From: Chrysomallon squamiferum | Taxonomy: Eukaryota; Animalia; Mollusca | Assembly: GCA_012295275.1 (NCBI GenBank) | Contig: CM022679.1 | Coordinates: 24,366,001 to 24,430,000, forward strand | Direction: 5' to 3' | Length of the DNA: 64,000 nucleotides | Shown: piece by piece, positions 55,616-64,000 of the stretch | How positions within the stretch are numbered: the stretch's first letter is position 1 | Layout of the letters: every line of letters begins with the position of its first letter | Position numbers and translations under genes: made by a program | Notes under the pieces: generated by a model | Seen by the model: only the letters and a program-made list of their open reading frames with translations | Databases searched by the model: none | Told to the model about the DNA's origin: nothing

Positions 55616-55720
55616 GTAGTAGTAGTAGTAGTAACAATAATAATAATAATAATAATAGTAGTAGTAGTAGTAATAATAAATATACTACTACTAATAATAA
55701 CAACAACAACAACAACAACA
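55533..55720. repeat. (AAT)n/(AGT)n/(AAC)n compound microsatellite
   Basis: Read directly. Similar AAT/ATT tracts lie at about 9622-9702, 11304-11410, 28991-29078, 60054-60118 and 63032-63083. Confidence 0.97.
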
Positions 55721-56499
55721 TAATAGTGTTATTGATGACAATTATAAGAATGCTACTGAAAGTAATGGTACTGATGACTCTTATTATTACACTGTTGTTG
55801 TGGTCGTCATCACTGTCAGAAAAATAAAAATTATTATCTTTTGTTACTTTTTCAAGATTATTTATTTATTTATTTTTTATTTATTTATTTTTTTTATTTT
55901 TTATTTATTTATTTTTATTTCTTTATTATTTATTTACTTATTTATTTATTTTTTCATGACTCTTCATCATATTTGTGTCTAGCTTTGTCCTATAATTATA
56001 AAAAGATGCAATCCACAATGTCTACCAGTATAAACAAATTTATTTCCATTCGGCCATAAACCAACGACAAGCGGCGCCATCTTCCATGATCAAGAAAGGT
56101 AGTCGAGGCTTCGGACAGCAAAAAGCAATAATCCTTTGGGTCCCGTTTGGCGATTCGATCCCGCTGTTGACAGTACTGGTTCTATCTGATAAATTAATTC
56201 CGCCGAATATTATTACACAGCTGGGCTTCATAATTCTCGGCATTAAGCTTCGTTATTAGCCCCATCAAAGGATGAACTAAGATTAATGTCAGCCAAATCT
56301 GCGTTTTTATTCTCGGTTATTTAGTCTGAGTGCCGCAAACACACGTTTTTTTTTGTAAATCCTTGACGCCGGATTCTGTCAAAGGCCATTAGTTTTTACA
56401 TTATGTCTACCTTCTTTTTTATTTTATTTTTGATCATCGGTTGTTCTTTTTGTAACTGTTGTATGCTGTTTTTATCGTTCTAACATTTACGTAGTCATA

Positions 56500-56504
56500 T
56501 GATT

Positions 56505-56551
<47 letters not shown>

Positions 56552-56736
56552 GAATACGTGGATGGTAGACCAAATGTCATACAGTCTCTGGAACAGATGG
56601 ACAGATATCTCAGACAAACCAATAGAGATAGGCATTACACGGACAGGCATTAGGTAGATGATAGATGGATACATATGTAGACAGCAGATAAACAGAGAGA
56701 AAGATACACAGACAAACATCCAGACAGAGACATATA
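56500..56736 (-). repeat. Dispersed repeat copy B (inverted relative to copy A)
   Basis: Matches 42986-43258. The ORF-track peptides beginning MFVCVSFSLFICCLH at 43003(+) and 56719(-) are near-identical. Confidence 0.95.
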
Positions 56737-58140
56737 TATGTATAAATGGATGGATGGATGGACGGACGGACAGATGGATGGATGGATAGATAGATAGATA
56801 GATAGATAGGTTGCTAGCCAGATAAATAAATTATACAGACACAGGCAAATGGACAGACAAAAGAACCAAATATACATGTAGATAGACAGATTTATTCAGA
56901 CAGACAGGCAAGAAGAGAGAAAGTCAGAGAGAGAAAAAGACAAAGACAACGACTGAGAGAGAGAGAGAACTACTGAGACACACATTAAGTTAAACAGATG
57001 TTGAGAAATGAGTAGAGAACAGATAAATACACGCAGATAGTCCGTTAACAAAAATCGAACTGATGATCGTTGTGTTATGTTTTAATTAGGGAGCGACGAG
57101 TGTCCCACTCATCTGTTACTGAGTATCCTCTTTCACATCGCCAGCTGCATGTTCGACTGAGATATTACAACGTGGCGGCCGTCAACATATGGCACAGGTT
57201 TCGTAAAATCCTTTTATACTGTCTAAAGTTATATGAGTTTTTTGTCACCAGAAAAACATGCTGATTCATTTTTCTGTTATGGCATACTGTTAGTTTTGTT
57301 AAATTACACCGTTAGAACGCTAGCGAACGGCTGAACGGGATATTTTCTGTTGGAGCCATTTTATTCGACTGAGATATTAAAAGTCACGATTTGTGCTGTA
57401 CTGTTCATGGGAAGGAGTGTATGAAAGATTTCGTGTTGCTGTTTGAAAGCAGACGTTGAAGTCTTGTTGGCATAAATATTCTTCACTGTCTTCATTATAA
57501 TTAGTAAAATTGCCATCTATTAACAGTTATTACAAATTTAACAAAATGAAAGTAGTAGTTGTAGTAATAGCAGTAGTGGTAGTTGTTTTTATAGTAATAG
57601 AAGTAGTAGTAGTAGTTACTATAGCAACAGCAGAAATAATAATAATAAATATTAGAGCTGTGAAATTTCATTCATTCTGTTAGCACGTCGTAAAGTTTAT
57701 TTGTTAACTGTTTCAGATAACGTTTATTTTCTAACACGTCGTAAACTGTACTTGTTAAATATATATATATATTTTTTTTTTATCAGCGCTATTAACGTCA
57801 AAGCTACTATGTAAAAGGTGCAAGGTATTTTTTATATATATATTTCTACAGTACTCTGCAGAAAAAAGAGCTTATCGTAATGTTATGGATGTGAAATAAC
57901 AAGTGTCGGGCACAGACTATTTGCAGTGATTGTTTATCATTATAATGAATAACAGAAAATCTGATAGAAAAAAGAAAAGAAAGAAATGTGTTTGTGTGTG
58001 TGTGTGTGTGTGTGGGTGTGTGTTTTAATTCATTATTTTGTAATTGTTGTATAACTGTTTCTTCATTCTACAATCTATATAGTCATATGAGAGAGGGAGA
58101 GAGAGAATGGGAGGGAGGGAGGGAGGGAGAGAGAGAGAGA

Positions 58141-58278
<138 letters not shown>

Positions 58279-58817
58279 AAGCAAGCAAGCATAACTTAAT
58301 GATAACAAACCTGACACAGAAAACAATATAAATAAATTACTATTTTCATTATCACTTACTGTCAACACGGGTGGTCTGCATTGTAATAATAACAACACAT
58401 AAGCCCTAAAAGCAGCGGGACACTGAACATTTAATATCATCTCGTTTGGGTCACGTCGTCCTCTTACATTAGCAAAATTACAGGCACATGCATCACAGAG
58501 GGAAACTTCGATGATGGAACCAATGATAAAATTACCGGGGTATCTACAACGAAGCAATAACTCAGATAATATTGTCATAAGTCACTGATACGTTCTATGC
58601 TCATTTCCAAGGCTACGCCCGTTATATTCGTAATCTTTGACTTGAGCATCTTTGAGCATCTAGACTGGCAGATCCAGATCAGGATAAAGTTGGCAACATA
58701 TCCACAGTCAAACTATTATTCGGCTAATAATATCATCAGCGTAATTAAAACTGGTTCCAGTACAGTTCCGCTTTAATCGTTTTTATTGACAGAGCGTAGA
58801 AAGGCTGGTAGAAACAG

Positions 58818-59005
58818 TCTAATTGGCGCAGTGGTTAATAGTTTTGATTATTGATGCCGAGGTCATCCTCATTCAGAACTGATGGTGAAGGTCATGGATC
58901 ACACTTCAACCTTCTCTTCAACCAAATCAGTCCTCTTATTTTAACACTGTCATGCTCAGATAATCCATACCCCACTGACTGGGTTTCCAAGAGAAACGAG
59001 TGAGT
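58818..59005 (+). mobile_element. Possible degenerate tRNA-derived SINE
   Basis: A consensus Pol III A box TGGCGCAGTGG(TTAA) lies at 58824-58834, followed by a tRNA-like context. The B box is not intact, so this is not a functional tRNA. Confidence 0.35.
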
Positions 59006-59760
59006 CATTAATAATGTCGCAAGTTATTCATATCGTTATAGTCTTTCTTTTTTTGTTCTTGATTAGAGTATATGTTTACTAACGGTCACATAACTCTGGG
59101 TTCAAAAATGAATTATACTATGTAACCGTATTTAATGTAATAATGAATGTATGAGTATGATATGATTTTTATTTACCGTGTATATATATATGTGTCTGTA
59201 TGTGTGTGCGTGTGTGTTGTTTTGGATAGTAGATTTTATAAAATAAATTTTTAAAAAAACCCACACACAATGCAACAGTTATATTTACTTACGTTGAGAT
59301 CCAGACTGCAAATATATTGGTTTTACAAATCTTTAAAAAGTTTTTGGATTATCAATCAAAAAATATATATATAAAAAATTTAATTAATTAAAATAAAATA
59401 AATTAAAATATAATAAAATAATAAATTAATAAATAAATATAATGATAATAATAATAATAATAATTAAACAGTACAAAATATTTTCTAAAAAAAATTGCAT
59501 GAAGGAAGAAAGCAAGAAGGAAAGAAAGATGGATGAATACAGAAAGAGAGTTAAAAAGCCAGACATAATCAGAGACAGACGTACAGACACAGAGAGACCT
59601 ACGATAGATTCCACGTTAATTTAGCTCTGTTTTTGCATCGATATTAAAATTACAAGTTCTTTTTAGTTTATTTTATTATTTTAATTATCTGTCTATCTGT
59701 CTCTCTATTTTTTTAGTTGTGTTCGTTTGCTTTTTTTTGTGAGGAGTGATTTTCTGTCTT

Positions 59761-59799
<39 letters not shown>

Positions 59800-60052
59800 T
59801 TTTTTTCGTTTTTTTTTCTATGCTCTATATTTAGCAGACATATTTAGTCTGGAAAGCATGTTAATTTTACCCACAAGAGAATAACATTACTTTCGTTGTA
59901 AAAATAACTGGACTGCAAAACAAAATCCCTTGATATTTTGAAATCGACTCTCGACTTTAATAATAATAAAAAAAAGAAATAAAAAAAAGAAAAAAGCAGT
60001 CACCTACGAATAGTTATAAAAAATACAGGTTAGTGAATAATGTGGATATCCA

Positions 60053-60120
<68 letters not shown>

Positions 60121-61347
60121 TGATGATGATGATGATGATTAATGAGCAGCTTACATAGTTACATAATAAATGTTCTGAATTTTCATTGCGAATCAGAAAG
60201 CATCCATTAAAAATATTGGAGAATTTTGCAAACAGCAACAAACATCCCAAAGCCGGTATTGTTCAGATATTGCGATAAAATAATTAAATTGTCGAAACCG
60301 ATACGTCTGCATTTATCTGTTATGAGTACATTCAATATATCTTTCCTCTTACGTGTAATGATATTAACTGTTAACTAGATAGAGGTGATGTCGTGCACAC
60401 TTGTCTCTATTGTCTGTATTACGCATGATATAAAATTGTGTACTGCGTCAGCTCGCGGGAAATAATTTAGTAAGACTCGCTATGGGATCGAACGTAGAGA
60501 AAATCAAAGTGAGTCTTCCTGAACAAACTGTACAGAATGTTATTATACATTTTTTAAACTAATACTATTTAAATTTATTCACAAAGCAAAGGATTGAGAA
60601 TTAAGATTTATTAAACCACAATCCTGGTCAGGTTAGGATTATTTGTTTTAAGACAGGAGGTATGGAGATCAGTTGTCCAAATTACGACTTTTTAGAAAAA
60701 CCGTTAACGTTTACGCTGGACCGACGATCGTAACTTATCGATATTGCTGACTTTGTTTTTACGATCGTCGTATTATTGCAATCAAAAAAATCTAATAAGC
60801 ATAAGGCAACTGCGAAATATATTGTGTTACGACCTCGTATGTTACAGTTAAAAAAAAAATCTAATACATATAAGACAATTGTAAAAGCTATTATAACGAA
60901 CATTAAATTTAACGCTAAGAAAATAAATTGACGACTTGCATTATTCTTACCGGACAAAGCAGAAACTGATTATCGACAGAAAACTAAATTTTGCAACAGA
61001 ATGAGGCAATTAGACACTTTGAGACGGAAATCTCGTTTCGCTGTTTACTGTGTCTTGTCGAGCGATCCAGACACTAACAGACGCTCTCTGCGACAGACTG
61101 AAAGCCTTTGATTCGACGTTTATTGACCCTTTTAAACAACAGAACATTCACAATGTGTCGTGTCCGTCATTACATCTGTCCTTTTAACTCAGATTTTTAT
61201 CTCCAGTAGTCAAGTCTCCGGTTGATACAGTGAATTTATTAACACTTTATTTTATACTGCAGTAATTAATAATAAGTGGAATAGCATTGGTTTGGTGTGT
61301 CAGGTTTTACCAGAAATTTGGTAATGTTAAGAAAATAATTTAAAAAA

Positions 61348-61383
<36 letters not shown>

Positions 61384-62060
61384 AGTAATAAGTATTATAG
61401 TAGTAGAAGTTATAGTAGTAGTAGCAGTAATAATAATAATAGTAATAATAATAATAATAACAATAATATCAACAGTAATAGTAGTACTAATAATAATAAC
61501 AACAACAACAACAATAACAATAATGACAATAACAATAATAAAAGATAGTTGTACTACTACTACTACTAATTATAATAATAATAATAACAACAAATACAAT
61601 AATGACAATAACAATAATAACAAGTCAGTTTTGGGCTGTGCTGATTGAAACGATATTGTAGTAGGATGAAATGGTCTCGTAGTTTTGTTCAAAAAAACCC
61701 ATTTCTAAATTATATCTAATTATTTTCGTTATTATTATTCAAATTGTTTATGAATTATTAATCCACAGCGAACAGATGTTGGAATTTAAAAGATTATTCT
61801 TCCACCAGTTTTAATTACAACTATCAATACGCGGTATATTAGACAGTGAAACGTGCTTTCGCGGTCAACAGTGTATGACTGCCAACTATCTACAGAATTA
61901 CTGGTCACCTGATAGTTTGACTGTCTGTATTTATGTATGTATGTATGTATGTTTTTATATATGTACAGAGAGAGAGAGAGAAAGAGTGAGAGAGAGAAAT
62001 AGATGATATATTAGATCGATAGAGAGATGCACATACATACAAACATACACACACACATAC

Positions 62061-62104
<44 letters not shown>

Positions 62105-63030
62105 CTCATACAATGCCCGTGTAAAACTGATTATTATTCTGAACCATTAACTGTAAACGAATATTCATACTCGACACAGATCGATTTAGTTTACACGATA
62201 TCACGTTATATATGTACAACCTTGCTTTCGAGTAATATTCAAAATATACATTTATCACAGATATTTATAATGTAACATACTAATAAAATGTTCCACTGTC
62301 TGGGAAAGAATTATTAACTGTTTTTACTGCAGAAGTGTGTCAAACTTTCTTGCTTGATGGAAACTTCTTAACAAATGTTATTATAAATTTTTTATTGCAC
62401 GTTTTAGGGGTGATTTTCTCTTTAGTTTTGAGTTTGATATTCAATGTGGAGACAGCGGCATTAATTAATCAAACAGTTTGGTATTTTATGGTTTGTTACG
62501 GTACTTACTAAGTCGGATCCGGAATTACAACTGACGCTAAGAATTTTAGCTGTTAGATAAATAAACCGCTGTGATATTTAACCTTTATTTGTTACTGGTG
62601 CTGTATAATTGTTGAATTTGTAATTGTACAGTTGATTAGAATGTGGTCACTGGATATTATTCTTATTTTTCTTCACGTTGATCGTTTCCCTTGCGATGTT
62701 TAGCAAAAGTCCTGTAAGTCTTTACAAATTAAATCTATCCTTTCTAGACTCACCCAGTCAATAAACCAGTTGCCAAACTGCCTCTTCCTTTCAAGATTCA
62801 AGCACGCCTGACATACGCACACAGTGTAACAATCTCGACTGACAGTTCTGTACAGTATTTTTACTATTTTACAGGGTTTGTTAAAGAGAAGACAGATCGT
62901 CGTGTAAAGATTACGTTTTCTAATTGGTTATTGTCGGCGATTACAGACCTGTAAAACTACGCTATAAAATTGTGAGTCTTATATGTCAGCTAAATACGTA
63001 TATACTGTGCCAATACAAAACAACTGTTTA

Positions 63031-63086
<56 letters not shown>

Positions 63087-63333
63087 ATAATACATAAAAA
63101 ATGAAACAAGAAGAAGAAGAAAAAACTTAATATTTAGATAGTCCATTCAAACTCAGCTGGAAAGAAAACACAATCTGTAATAATTAAAAAAAAAATATAA
63201 AAAAAAATCAAAGAGAAGCAATAGTAACAAAATAAAAAAAAATAAAAATAAAAAATATCCTCCGCTTGGGTGGTAACAGGGTATCAATATATAGCAATGG
63301 TCGACGGCAGTATCATTAAAAATCGCGTTATTA

Positions 63334-63380
<47 letters not shown>

Positions 63381-63947
63381 GATTAAAATAACATCTGTTT
63401 ATTAATATTATATATAGCAATACGTGTAGCATTTGTATTTGTATTTAATATTGCATTATTACGGTTGATTGCTTAATTATTTTTAACGAAATTCTGCGAC
63501 TAATTTAAAAGCACGCACACGATATAATGGAGTATCAATTTTTATTATTATTATTTTTTTTTTTTCATATTTTATTTATTTATTTATTTTGTTATTATTA
63601 GTTTGTTGTTGTTTGAGGGATTTGTTGTTATTGTTGTGACTTGTTTGGATACGTTTTTTTTTTTTTTTTTTTTTTTTTTAACCTCTATGTTGTATGTAAA
63701 ACAATCACTCTTCTAAAATTATAATGCATGCCCTTCGAGATTCGCATGATAAATATTTGTGTTTTCTGTAAGGATCAGATGTATGTATACATTATTTAAA
63801 ACAGAATTTTATTTCGTAGCTTATCTGTCGAGATTATTGAACCGGAGCAGGTAGAGAGTAACGTAACTAAATACCTATCCCTTTCAGTTATCGATTGGTA
63901 GATGAGTTAAAATCTTAAAATATACATATACATACACACATACATAC

Positions 63948-63987
<40 letters not shown>

Positions 63988-64000
63988 AAAAAAAAAAAAA

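Noticed and set aside
58818-58900. Functional tRNA gene
   Set aside because: Only an A box is present, with no intact T-loop/B box or cloverleaf. I kept it only as a possible SINE remnant.

Overview
This is AT-rich, microsatellite-dense animal genomic DNA. It looks lophotrochozoan or mollusc-like, which is an inference from the repeat content and the IAP intron layout. The window has two domains. (1) 1-~10.7 kb is CpG-depleted and holds the 3' part of a spliced inhibitor-of-apoptosis (IAP/BIRC) gene on the + strand. Five coding exons (4354-7065) encode the C-terminal half of a BIR domain, a UBA-like domain, an unusually long heptad coiled coil and a C-terminal RING. Both the BIR peptide-binding groove and one RING zinc ligand deviate from consensus. 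The presumed intron upstream carries a 2.8-kb non-autonomous Sola2-like transposon (~620-bp TIRs, TTTA TSD) and a 683-bp Tigger/pogo element (TA TSD). (2) ~10.7-64 kb is CpG-retaining and has no recognisable protein-coding exon. It contains microsatellites, short local duplications, a 33-bp minisatellite, a ~97%-identical inverted repeat pair 13 kb apart, degenerate tRNA-SINE-like remnants, enhancer/promoter-like blocks and a recurrent AGCAGACG motif. Almost all ORF-track entries are microsatellite artefacts. I see no clearly new multi-gene system. The best leads are the atypical IAP, the Sola2 TIR rearrangement and the AGCAGACG motif with its array next to a candidate promoter.
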